Positions 29,242-37,628 are shown, numbered from the stretch's first letter. The stretch is 64,000 nt of DNA from Chloroflexota bacterium (GCA_037445475.1 JBBIKK010000008.1:397-64396), one strand, 5' to 3'. Notes: generated from the letters alone by a model not told the origin. Made by a program: numbers and translations.

Positions 29242-29350
29242 GTAGCGTGGGATTCATCCTGCCCGTGGCGTGGGATTCATCCCGCTGCCCGTAGCGTGGG
29301 GTTCGTCCCGCTGCCCGTGGCGTGGGATTCATCCTGCCCGTGGCGTGCGC
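29242..29350. repeat. tandem direct repeat, 23/26/26/23-nt units plus an 11-nt partial fifth copy
   Basis: Units GT[A/G]GCGTGGG[A/G]TTC[A/G]TCC(CGC)TGCCC at 29242-29264, 29265-29290, 29291-29316 and 29317-29339, with a partial copy at 29340-29350. The array starts 3 nt after the lysS stop. Confidence 0.9.
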
Positions 29351-29413
29351 AGTACAGAATCTTTACGGCCGTGATAGATTCCCAAGAGCAATACTTATTA
29401 GGAGATTCCGTCT

Positions 29414-29797
29414 ATGCAAAATCGGCTCTTTCTGATCCTGGGTGATGGGCTGGCCATTGCCGTAGTCACCATCCTTGGCTTCGTTGTTCACGGCGAGAAC
29501 CCGCTGGCCTCGCTGCCACGCGTCGCAGCCACGTACTTTCCCCTCTGCCTGGCCTGGTTCGTGCTGGCCCCATGGTTCGGGCTCTTCCGTCAGGAAATCA
29601 CTTTGCAGGTGCGCCAGTTCTGGCGTCCGGCGCTGGCCATGTTCCTGGCTGCGCCCCTGGCGGCCATCCTGCGCGGCCTGATCCTCAGCACTCCGATCTT
29701 CCCGATCTTTGCCCTGGTGCTGGCAGCCACCTCCGCCCTGGGCATGCTGGTGTGGCGATTGATCTTTCTTCTAGTGTACCGCCGCGCCAGTCCGTAG
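29414..29797 (+). CDS. small polytopic membrane protein (DUF3054-like)
   Basis: AGGAGA SD upstream. Four hydrophobic helices. N-terminus LILGDGLAIAVVTILGFVVHGE resembles DUF3054. Confidence 0.65.
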   Translation: MQNRLFLILGDGLAIAVVTILGFVVHGENPLASLPRVAATYFPLCLAWFVLAPWFGLFRQEITLQVRQFWRPALAMFLAAPLAAILRGLILSTPIFPIFALVLAATSALGMLVWRLIFLLVYRRASP

Positions 29798-29812
29798 GGT
29801 AAAATACGCTCG

Positions 29813-30400
29813 ATGGATGAGCAAGCTCTCATCTCTGCTGCCCGGCAGGGCGACCTGGAGGCCTTCAACACCATCGTCCTGCATTATCAGGACATGTTGT
29901 TCAATACCGCCCTGCGCATCCTGGGCGATGAGGAACAGGCCGCCGATGCCACCCAGGAGGCTTTCCTCTCCGCCTTCCAGGCCATCAACTCCTATCGCGG
30001 CGGCTCCTTCAAGGCCTGGCTGTTGCGCACCGTCACCAACGCCTGTTACGATGAATTGCGTCGCCACAAGCGTCGCCCCACCATCGCCCTGGAATCGGAC
30101 AGCGAAGGCGGGAGCGAGGACTCACCGCCCTGGCTTGCCGACCCCTCCCTGACGCCCGAACAACGCCTCGAAGCTCGAGAACTCGAGCATGCCATTCAAC
30201 ACTGCCTCGAGGCGCTCCCGCCGGCCTTCCGCACGATCGTTGTGCTGGCCGATGTTCAGGGACTGGATTATGCCGAGGTGGCAGCCGCGTTGCGCCTGCC
30301 GCTGGGCACCGTCAAATCGCGACTGGCACGGGCGCGCCTGCGCTTGCGGCGCTGCCTGCAAGCGGTAGCGGAACTTCTGCCTGCCGCGTTCCGTCTGTGA
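29813..30400 (+). CDS. ECF-type RNA polymerase sigma factor
   Basis: Region 2 (DATQEAFLSAFQAINSYRGGSFKAWLLRTVTNACYDELRR) and region 4 (DVQGLDYAEVAAALRLPLGTVKSRLARAR). Confidence 0.9.
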   Translation: MDEQALISAARQGDLEAFNTIVLHYQDMLFNTALRILGDEEQAADATQEAFLSAFQAINSYRGGSFKAWLLRTVTNACYDELRRHKRRPTIALESDSEGGSEDSPPWLADPSLTPEQRLEARELEHAIQHCLEALPPAFRTIVVLADVQGLDYAEVAAALRLPLGTVKSRLARARLRLRRCLQAVAELLPAAFRL

Positions 30401-30411
30401 AAGGAACAAGC

Positions 30412-31086
30412 ATGACAACTTCTTTTCGCGACGCGGAACGACTCTCTGCCTACCTGGATGGGCAACTTCAACCCTCCGAGGCCGCGCGGCTGGAAACCCG
30501 CCTGGCTTCGGACCCCGAACTGGGAGCCCTCCTGCAAGAACTGCGCCAGGCGCGAGCTGTACTGCGGCGACTCCCGGCACGACGCGCCCCGCGCAACTTC
30601 ATCCTCCGGCCCGGCATGGCAGGGCTCAAAGCACCGCTTCCCCATGCCTACCCGTTCCTGCGCCTGGCGAGCGTGGTGGCGATGGTGATGTTCCTGAGCA
30701 CTTTCCTGATCAATGCACTGAGCCCACAGCCGGTGACCCTGGCCGCCTACAAAGCCGCGCCCGCCTGCGAACAGTGCGGGGGCGGCGGCCCCACGGTCCC
30801 CCGGGCGGCTCCTACACCCGCCGCAGAACCCCTGATCCAGCCGTTCGCTGCCGTGCCGCTCCCCTCCCCCACCGCAGAGAGCATTCTGGAAGCAACGCAA
30901 GCACCCACCCCGGCCGCGCTCCCCGAGGGCGAGAGGGCCATCCCAGCCGCGCTCCAGAAAGAGGCGCCGGTTCCGCCCGTCTGGCAGGCCGCGCTCGGGG
31001 GAATGGCTTTCCTGAGCGGCGCGGCCTTATGGTGGATGCGCGCCTCCGCCGAACGAAGATTCCACAAACGATGGAGCCAGAAGTAA
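30412..31086 (+). CDS. putative anti-sigma factor, single-pass membrane protein
   Basis: It lies immediately downstream of the ECF sigma gene. N-terminal LSAYLDGQLQPSEAARLETRLASDPEL motif and one TM (FLRLASVVAMVMFLSTFLINAL). An alternative GTG start at 30397 overlaps the sigma stop. Confidence 0.65.
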   Translation: MTTSFRDAERLSAYLDGQLQPSEAARLETRLASDPELGALLQELRQARAVLRRLPARRAPRNFILRPGMAGLKAPLPHAYPFLRLASVVAMVMFLSTFLINALSPQPVTLAAYKAAPACEQCGGGGPTVPRAAPTPAAEPLIQPFAAVPLPSPTAESILEATQAPTPAALPEGERAIPAALQKEAPVPPVWQAALGGMAFLSGAALWWMRASAERRFHKRWSQK

Positions 31087-31553
31087 CCTACTGCCCGCTG
31101 TGTGGGACGCGCTTGATCTTCGCCCAGCGCTTCGGGCGGGAACGCCGCGTCTGCCCGCAGTGCAATTGGGTGCACTTTGCCGATCCAAAAGTGGCAGCGG
31201 CGATCCTGGTGGAAAAGGAGGGCCGCGTGCTGCTGGTCCGACGCGTCAATGAGCCGTTTCGCGGCCTGTGGACTCTGCCGGCCGGCTTCGTGGACGCCGG
31301 CGAGGACCCGGCCCGCGCCGCAGAGCGGGAATGTCTTGAAGAGACCGGGCTGAGAGTGCATGCCACGCGCGTGCTGGATGTGGTTGCCGGGCGCGAACAC
31401 CCGCGCGGCGCCGATTTCGTCATCGTCTATTACGGGGAAATCCTTGGCGGAGAACTTCGCCCCGCCGACGATGCAGACCGCGTGGAATGGTTCGAACGCA
31501 CCCACTTACCCCCCCTGGCATTTCGGGCCACCAAGCGCGTGCTGGGGAGATGA
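31071..31553 (+). CDS. NUDIX hydrolase with N-terminal zinc ribbon
   Basis: CPLCGT...CPQCNW ribbon and Nudix box GFVDAGEDPARAAERECLEETGL. ATG at 31071 overlaps the anti-sigma gene by 16 nt. Track ORF 30774.. trimmed. Confidence 0.85.
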   Translation: MEPEVTYCPLCGTRLIFAQRFGRERRVCPQCNWVHFADPKVAAAILVEKEGRVLLVRRVNEPFRGLWTLPAGFVDAGEDPARAAERECLEETGLRVHATRVLDVVAGREHPRGADFVIVYYGEILGGELRPADDADRVEWFERTHLPPLAFRATKRVLGR

Positions 31554-31581
31554 GTCCCACGCCCTCGAGGCCGGCGCGGAG

Positions 31582-32640
31582 TTAAACGTGTTGCCGCGGC
31601 GCGCCGCGCTTCGAGGCCGCGCGGCGGTGTGGGCGCATGGTCTCCTGCCTGACCATCTCGCGCTTGCCCATCATCTGCGGCACAACCCGCAGGACCTCCG
31701 CCTGGCGCTTCAAAGCGCTGCGCACAATCAGATCCATGAAGCCCTGGTGCCCCATCGGATCGTTCAAGAGCGAGAAATCCGCCGAGCCGGCCTCACTGGG
31801 AGGGTAGAAAATCCCGCAGTTGGGGTTGATCTCAAGCATATAGAGTTCGCCGTTCAGGCCGAGGCGATAGTCACAACGGGCATAGCCGTTGCCGTTGAGC
31901 GCCTGAAAGACCTTGATGGTATATTCGCGCAGGCGTTTGTCATATTGCGGGTCCGTGACAACGGCCACGCGCATTTTGTCGTAATCCACCCATTTCATGT
32001 TGTAGTGCTTGAAAGACTCCCCCGGCGGGAAAATGAATTCCACCGGCTGGAACGAAATGGGGTGAGCCGGATCATCCGGGTTCTCGGCTACAAGGCAGGT
32101 GAACTCGCGCCCCTCGATGAATTCTTCCACCAGGGCGCGTCCATCGTCCTTCATAGTGATGGCGGCCTGCTCTTTGAGTTCTTCCAGATTGGCCACGCGC
32201 GATTCCTTGCGAATGCCATAACTGGCATACCCATGAGGGGGCTTGACCAACATAGGGAAGCGCAGCGTGCGCGCCGCACGCTCGACATCGGCCATGGATT
32301 TGACAAACGTGGAAGCCGGCGTTGGCACGCCAACGCGGGCCGCGGCGCGTTTCATCTCCTGCCGCGTGGGGTCGAAGAACGATGAATCCGCTCCGCTGAA
32401 GGCCGCCCCCAATTTCTCCAGAGCCTTGACCAGCTGGATGCCGGAGACCGAATCATCCGGCGTGCCATCGCACAGATTGATGAACACATCCACGCCATCA
32501 TCCATCAAGGCCCGAATTTGCTCCTCGAGGTTGTCGGGCTGGACGATGTAATGTCTCCACCGTTTGCCCTCCAGATAGGGCGAGGGATCATACGGCGGAT
32601 CGTTTGGATCAGGCAAGCTGCTGAGGACGCAAATGTACAT
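31582..32640 (-). CDS. ATP-grasp protein (D-Ala-D-Ala-ligase-like fold), function unknown
   Basis: Motifs: FPMLVKPPHGYASYGI, EEFIEGREFTCLV, ARCDYRLGLNGELYMLEINPNCG. Confidence 0.7.
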   Translation of the reverse strand: MYICVLSSLPDPNDPPYDPSPYLEGKRWRHYIVQPDNLEEQIRALMDDGVDVFINLCDGTPDDSVSGIQLVKALEKLGAAFSGADSSFFDPTRQEMKRAAARVGVPTPASTFVKSMADVERAARTLRFPMLVKPPHGYASYGIRKESRVANLEELKEQAAITMKDDGRALVEEFIEGREFTCLVAENPDDPAHPISFQPVEFIFPPGESFKHYNMKWVDYDKMRVAVVTDPQYDKRLREYTIKVFQALNGNGYARCDYRLGLNGELYMLEINPNCGIFYPPSEAGSADFSLLNDPMGHQGFMDLIVRSALKRQAEVLRVVPQMMGKREMVRQETMRPHRRAASKRGAPRQHV

Positions 32641-32739
32641 CCTTCACTCTCTTTGTCGAATGTGTTGAATGGCTTCCAGAGCACGAATCTTCAGCACGAT
32701 CATGACAATATATAACGCCATATATGGAAATGTACAAGG

Positions 32740-32765
32740 TTTTAAGCCCATATTTGGGCTTAAAA
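32740..32765. repeat. perfect 11-bp inverted repeat (hairpin) inside an AT-rich spacer
   Basis: TTTTAAGCCCA (32740-32750), loop TATT, TGGGCTTAAAA (32755-32765). Confidence 0.85.
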
Positions 32766-32901
32766 CAGAAAATTTTAAGGTTCAATGTTAAAAAAATATG
32801 CAAAAGTGCGACGCTCGCTGTGCTCGCTCGCAGTGACAGGTAGGTAGTTACTCCGGATCAAACCTTTCAATCCACCCCCATAACATCCCCACAGCGAACA
32901 A

Positions 32902-34041
32902 TTACTTTGCTTCCACGCTCACGCCGGCTGCGGCGCGGGTGATGTATAACTTGGCCTCCAACCCAGATTTCAACCTGTATGCCGCATGCACAGCCTGCAC
33001 AAAGGCTTCCACGTCATCCTCTCGAACCAGAGCCACAGCGCATCCGCCGAAGCCGGCTCCGGTCATGCGTGCTCCGTAGCAAGAGGGATGAGACCGCGCC
33101 GCCTCCACGATGTCATCCAGGGCCGGGTTGGTCACCTCGAAGTCATCCCGCAGGCTGATATGGCTGGCATCGAACAGCCGGCCCAGCCGGCCGACATCCC
33201 CTTCCTGCATGGCCCTCACCGCCTCCAACACACGCTGATTTTCAGCAATGACGTGGCGCGCCCTTTTCCGCACGACTTCATCCAGACGATGCTTTTTTTC
33301 TTCAAACTCGCTCGGGCTCACATCGCGCAGGGCCGGCACGCCGAAGAAGCGCGCCGCCTGCTCGCACTGCGCCCGGCGCTCGTTGTAGGCCGAATCCAGC
33401 AGGCCGCGTCGCGTAGAGGTATCCAGAATCGCGACCGAAATGCCTTGCGGCAAGGGAACATGCCTGTAGGAAAGGGAGCGACAATCCAGGAAAAGGGCAT
33501 GCTCTGCCAGGCATAGAGCGCTTGCCATCTGATCCATGATGCCGCTCCGAACGCCCACCCACTCGTTCTCGGCTTTCTGGCAAAGGAGGGCCATGCGGGG
33601 AGCCTCCCACTCCACCTCGGAGGCCAGGGCAAAGGCCCGCGCTGCTGCCATCTCTACCGCAGCGGAGGAGGAGAGCCCCGCGCCCAGCGGAACGTCGCCG
33701 GCAATCACCCCTTCCCAGCCGCGCAGCCGATAGCCTGCCTGTTGCAATGCGTGGGCCACCCCCTGGATATAGGCTTCCCAGCCCGCGCCTCGGCGCAGAT
33801 CGTCCAGCGAGAACACCGCTTCCCTCCCAAAGTCCAGCGAGAGGAGGCGCACGCGGCGATCCGCTCGCGGCCGCAGGGCAATCCACACCGCGCGTTCGAT
33901 CGCCATGGGCAACACGAAGCCCTCGTTGTAATCCGTATGCTCGCCGATCAGGTTCACGCGCCCGGGCGCCCGAACCACGGCGGCGGGTTTGCCGTTACAA
34001 TAAGTTCGAAATGCTGCGCGCACTCGCGAGAGGAGTTCCAT
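32902..34041 (-). CDS. galK: galactokinase
   Basis: GRVNLIGEHTDYNEGFVLPMAI and PLGAGLSSSAA (GHMP kinase motif). Start trimmed to the ATG at 34041 (MELLSRVRAAF...). Confidence 0.9.
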   Translation of the reverse strand: MELLSRVRAAFRTYCNGKPAAVVRAPGRVNLIGEHTDYNEGFVLPMAIERAVWIALRPRADRRVRLLSLDFGREAVFSLDDLRRGAGWEAYIQGVAHALQQAGYRLRGWEGVIAGDVPLGAGLSSSAAVEMAAARAFALASEVEWEAPRMALLCQKAENEWVGVRSGIMDQMASALCLAEHALFLDCRSLSYRHVPLPQGISVAILDTSTRRGLLDSAYNERRAQCEQAARFFGVPALRDVSPSEFEEKKHRLDEVVRKRARHVIAENQRVLEAVRAMQEGDVGRLGRLFDASHISLRDDFEVTNPALDDIVEAARSHPSCYGARMTGAGFGGCAVALVREDDVEAFVQAVHAAYRLKSGLEAKLYITRAAAGVSVEAK

Positions 34042-34092
34042 AACATTCGCAGGTTGCTCTGTTGCGAACACCTTTTCAACGGGCGGTTTCGC

Positions 34093-34134
34093 CCTCACCG
34101 CCCCTCTCCCGCCGGGAGAGGGGTTGGAGTGAGG
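34093..34134. repeat. GC-rich composite palindrome (REP-like hairpin)
   Basis: Inner perfect 10-bp stem CCCCTCTCCC (34101-34110) / GGGAGAGGGG (34114-34123). Outer stem CCTCAC (34093-34098) / GTGAGG (34129-34134). Confidence 0.8.
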
Positions 34135-34269
34135 AAAAATGGGGTGAGCCAATGCATCGAAGTATCTTTGCAACAGAGCATTCGCCGGTAATCACCTGGA
34201 TTATACGATCTTGCCTTGCTCGCAGGGCAGGCCATGACGAGATAGATACGATTTGCAAAGGAGGCTCCG

Positions 34270-35181
34270 ATGTCATTCCCACAAATCCTTGAAGTGGCCC
34301 TCGGCCTGATGGTTGTGTACTACGCGCTGGGGACCCTGGTCTCCATCGTGACTCAGATCCTGCTCGAATCACTGGAGACGCGCGGCGCCATGCTGGAAAA
34401 GTACCTGAAGCGCATCGCCGGCGATAAGACGATGGATTTGATCGCCTTGCCGCAGATCCGGGCTTTGCGTCCCATCCGCTATGCCAACTGGTGGAATGCG
34501 TTTCGAGCCAGGACGGAGGAAAAGAAGGTCGAGAAAATCCCAGCCACCATTCTGGTGGATGCCTTTCTCGACCTGGCCGGCCTGACGGCCCAAAAGGACC
34601 TGAGCGCCGAGGAATTAACCCGCCTCATCGGCAAATTGCCACCCTCGGAAGGCAGGGAGGCTCTGCTGCACTGGATCGATCAAGGCGTGACCGACATCAA
34701 CCTGCTGCGCGCCCGAACCCATGCCTATTTCAGCGGCTTGATGGATCAAGCCGCGGCAGCTTTCAAGGCCAACGCCCGCAGCGTGGTCATTCTCCTCTCG
34801 ATCATCGTGACCCTGCTCTTCGGCACGGATAGCATTCAACTGGCACAGGATTTATGGGCCAACGCCGGCTTGCGCGCCATCGCCCAGGCCCAGGCCCTGG
34901 CCGCCGTGCAACAGCCAGCTCCTCCCACAGACCTGGGCACGCTCCTCCGCCAGTTGAGTGAGTTATCCATCCGCCTCGGCTGGTGGCAATATGCCCCTCT
35001 CGCGCTTCCCGCCTCGCCGGCGGAATGGGCTAGGCTGGTGTTGCTCAAACTGGCCGGCCTGGGAATCACCGCGGCGGCCGTGTCCCAGGGTTCCTCGTTT
35101 TGGTATGACGTCTTGAGGAAACTCAGCGGTGCAAAACCATCTCCGAAGGGCGGGGCCCTGGAGGGCGAATCAGAAGGATAG
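34270..35181 (+). CDS. hypothetical membrane protein
   Basis: AAAGGAGG SD upstream. N-terminal TM (ILEVALGLMVVYYALGTLVSIVTQILL) plus two more hydrophobic segments. No family recognised. Confidence 0.6.
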   Translation: MSFPQILEVALGLMVVYYALGTLVSIVTQILLESLETRGAMLEKYLKRIAGDKTMDLIALPQIRALRPIRYANWWNAFRARTEEKKVEKIPATILVDAFLDLAGLTAQKDLSAEELTRLIGKLPPSEGREALLHWIDQGVTDINLLRARTHAYFSGLMDQAAAAFKANARSVVILLSIIVTLLFGTDSIQLAQDLWANAGLRAIAQAQALAAVQQPAPPTDLGTLLRQLSELSIRLGWWQYAPLALPASPAEWARLVLLKLAGLGITAAAVSQGSSFWYDVLRKLSGAKPSPKGGALEGESEG

Positions 35182-35204
35182 ACGAAGCAGGCCGAACGCC
35201 GGCG

Positions 35205-36098
35205 CTATTCCCTTGCATACCAGCGAGCGTAAACCGCGTGAGATAGCCATCGTCCGGCCGAGCTTTCGCGCGTGGCCAGTTCTCCACAAACCACACGCCC
35301 TGCCTGTCCCGCCAGCCGATCCTGCAGGGCCTGGCTCAGGTGCACCGCCGAAGCCCGCACTGCATAGAGCGTGACGATCACGAACAGCGGCCTCTCGCTC
35401 AGGAGGGCACAGCAGCTCTCCAACAGGTGCGGCAGGGATTTATAGACCTCCCATACTTCGCCCCGCGGGCCGCGGCCGAACTTGGGCGGGTCAAGGACGA
35501 TCCCATCATAGCGCACGCCGCGTCGCGCCTCGCGCCGCACGAACTTGAGCGCATCCTCCACGATCCAACGGATGGGCTTCTCTTGCAATCCGGAAAGAAG
35601 CTGATTCGCGCGCCCCCAGGCCACAGACTTTTTCGAGGCATCCACATGGGTCACCTGGGCGCCCTGCGCGGCTGCCGCCAGGGAGGCCAGACCCGTATAA
35701 CCGAACAGATTGAGCACCCGCAGGGGGCGATGCGCGGCGCGCAGCGCGTTGGCGATGAAATCCCAATGAGAGGCGGCCTCCGGGAAAACGCCGAGGTGAC
35801 GCCCCGCAGTCGTCATGGCCCAAAAGCGCAGTTGCACGCCATCGAGATCGTAGGTCATTTCCCATCGTTCGGGAAGCTTCTTTTTGAATATCCAGTGACC
35901 GCCGCTCTCCTCGGAGGTGGGGTGAAAGATCGCATCGGCCGCATCCCATTCCCGCGGCGAGAGGGCGCGCTTCCACATCGCCTGCACCTCCGGGCGGACA
36001 AAAAGATAGCCCCCAAAGCGCTCTAACTTGAGTCCATCCCCGCTGTCGATCAATTCATAATCTGGCCAGCGCATGGGTGAAAGGAGGGAAATCTCCAT
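35205..36098 (-). CDS. class I SAM-dependent methyltransferase (RlmI/YwbD-like)
   Basis: VLNLFGYTGLASLAAA (SAM motif I), VTHVDAS, and IVLDPPKFGRG (motif IV DPP). ATG at 36098 chosen; the track start at 36104 is TTG. Confidence 0.7.
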   Translation of the reverse strand: MEISLLSPMRWPDYELIDSGDGLKLERFGGYLFVRPEVQAMWKRALSPREWDAADAIFHPTSEESGGHWIFKKKLPERWEMTYDLDGVQLRFWAMTTAGRHLGVFPEAASHWDFIANALRAAHRPLRVLNLFGYTGLASLAAAAQGAQVTHVDASKKSVAWGRANQLLSGLQEKPIRWIVEDALKFVRREARRGVRYDGIVLDPPKFGRGPRGEVWEVYKSLPHLLESCCALLSERPLFVIVTLYAVRASAVHLSQALQDRLAGQAGRVVCGELATRESSAGRWLSHAVYARWYARE

Positions 36099-36147
36099 AG
36101 CCAATGGTCAATTTGTCCTATCTTTTTCGTAAGTTTGGGGCTAACTC

Positions 36148-36201
36148 TTGAAATCTTAGCCCAAATCATGTACAATGTGGGAGAAAGTGGTAAATAGTGG
36201 A
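36148..36201 (+). promoter_or_regulatory. mraZ/dcw promoter with MraZ-operator-like direct repeats
   Basis: TTGAAA (36148-36153), 17 nt, TACAAT (36171-36176). This is followed immediately by GTGGG (36177), GTGGT (36187) and GTGGA (36197) at exactly 10-bp spacing. Confidence 0.6.
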
Positions 36202-36252
36202 GGACGCCGGTGAGTCCCGGCGTTCTGCTATTATATAGAGGATTTAGAACAT

Positions 36253-36699
36253 ATGTTTTTGGGCCAGTTCCAGCACTCGCTCGATGAAAAGGGCCGCCTG
36301 ATGATCCCGGCGCGCTTTCGTGAACTGCTGGACGGAGGCGCATACATCACGCAAGGCTTCGATCGCTGCTTGATGGTCATGAGCGGGACGTACTTCAAGC
36401 AAGTGTATGACAGCCTCAACGCCATGAACCTGGCCGATCCCAACGCGCGGCTGCTGCGCCGCCTGATCTTTTCCAACGCCTACCCTCTCGAGGTCGATAA
36501 AGTCGGGCGGGTGCTGGTGCCGCAGGGCCTGCGCGAGTTTGCCGGTCTGAACAGCGAGGCCGTGGTGGCAGGTCAGGGTGAGTACTTTGAAATCTGGGCC
36601 CCCTCGGCATGGAGCGAGCAAATGCAGCAAATTCGGGATACCGAGGCCAATCATCAACGCTTTGCTGCATTGAATCTCTCCTCCAGGCCACCGTCATGA
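36253..36699 (+). CDS. mraZ: transcriptional regulator MraZ
   Basis: MFLGQFQHSLDEKGRLMIPARFRE... and a second SpoVT/AbrB-like half with DKVGRVLVPQGLRE. Confidence 0.95.
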   Translation: MFLGQFQHSLDEKGRLMIPARFRELLDGGAYITQGFDRCLMVMSGTYFKQVYDSLNAMNLADPNARLLRRLIFSNAYPLEVDKVGRVLVPQGLREFAGLNSEAVVAGQGEYFEIWAPSAWSEQMQQIRDTEANHQRFAALNLSSRPPS

Positions 36700-37628
36700 A
36701 CCGCTCACATCAACCTGTACTTTACAAAGAAATTATACACGCGTTGCAGCCGAAGAGCCCGGGCCGTTACATCGATGGGACGATTGGAGCGGGCGGCCAC
36801 GCGCGCGGGATTCTGGAGGCCTGCGCCCCGCAGGGGCGTCTGCTGGGTCTGGATGTAGACCCTCAGGCGTTAGCGCTTGCGCGTGAGAACTTGGCTCCTT
36901 ACGCCTCGCGCCTCACTCTGGTGCAGGCCTCCTATCACCGCCTCCTCGAAGTCATGCACGATCTGGGTTGGGAGGCCGTGGATGGCATCCTGCTGGACCT
37001 GGGAGTCTCCTCCATGCAGTTGGAGGCCCCCGAGCGGGGGTTCTCCTTCCTGCACGATGCTCCGCTCGACATGCGTTTCAATCCAGAGGCAGGGCCGAGC
37101 GCGGCGCAACTCCTCAACAGCCTCTCGCAGGCCGAGTTGGCCGAGATCCTCTTCCGCTACGGTGAGGAGCCCAGGGCGCGGCGCATTGCCAGGATGATTG
37201 TGCAGGCGCGACCGCTGACGAGCACCTTGCAACTGGCCAAGATCGTCCAGCGCGCCTATGCAGGGCATCGTCGCACCCATCCTGCCACGCGCACCTTTCA
37301 GGCGTTGCGCATCGCGGTCAACGAGGAACTCTCGATTCTGGAGGCTGCCCTGCCGAAAGCCGTGACCGCCCTGCGCCCGGGCGGGAGGCTGGCCATCCTC
37401 TCCTTTCACTCGCTCGAAGATCGCCTCGTCAAGGAATTCATACGCCGGGAGAGTCGCGATCGCCTCAACCCGCCTTACGAAAGGCTCTACGAGCAGGAAC
37501 GCAAAGCCACACTGCGAGCGATCACGCCCAGGCCCATCACGCCCGGGGCAGAAGAAATCCGCCGCAATCCTCGGGCGCGCAGTGCCAAACTGAGAGTGGC
37601 AGAGAAATTGCCCCTCCCTCAGGGATGA
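36696..37628 (+). CDS. rsmH: 16S rRNA (cytosine1402-N4)-methyltransferase
   Basis: HQPVLYKEIIHAL...YIDGTIGAGGHA...LLDLGVSSMQL...SFHSLEDRLVK. The ATG overlaps the mraZ stop (ATGA). Confidence 0.95.
   Translation: MNRSHQPVLYKEIIHALQPKSPGRYIDGTIGAGGHARGILEACAPQGRLLGLDVDPQALALARENLAPYASRLTLVQASYHRLLEVMHDLGWEAVDGILLDLGVSSMQLEAPERGFSFLHDAPLDMRFNPEAGPSAAQLLNSLSQAELAEILFRYGEEPRARRIARMIVQARPLTSTLQLAKIVQRAYAGHRRTHPATRTFQALRIAVNEELSILEAALPKAVTALRPGGRLAILSFHSLEDRLVKEFIRRESRDRLNPPYERLYEQERKATLRAITPRPITPGAEEIRRNPRARSAKLRVAEKLPLPQG

Noticed and set aside
27761-29332. 523-aa minus-strand ORF
   Set aside because: It is antisense to lysS, which has unambiguous class II aaRS motifs. Its N-terminus merely reads through the tandem repeat array.
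29242-29350. Tandem repeats considered as a CRISPR array or a tRNA gene
   Set aside because: The units abut with no spacers and are only 23-26 nt, and no cas genes are nearby. One unit mimics a T-arm, but no D-arm, anticodon arm or acceptor stem can be assembled.
30774-31070. N-terminal extensions of track ORFs (Nudix 30774; rsmH 36609; ftsI 38080; mraY 41195; murB 47486; ddl 48217; ftsQ 49680; galK to 34173; csp to 23424; aminopeptidase to 1882)
   Set aside because: Each extension overlaps the preceding real gene in another frame. Each family's conserved N-terminus begins at an internal ATG that has an SD or an ATGA/GTGA stop-start overlap, so the CDSs were trimmed.
32609-32803. 64-aa minus ORF inside the AT-rich island
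   Set aside because: Its codon usage is AT-rich and unlike every credible gene in the window. It has no SD and overlaps the ATP-grasp gene start. More likely non-coding.
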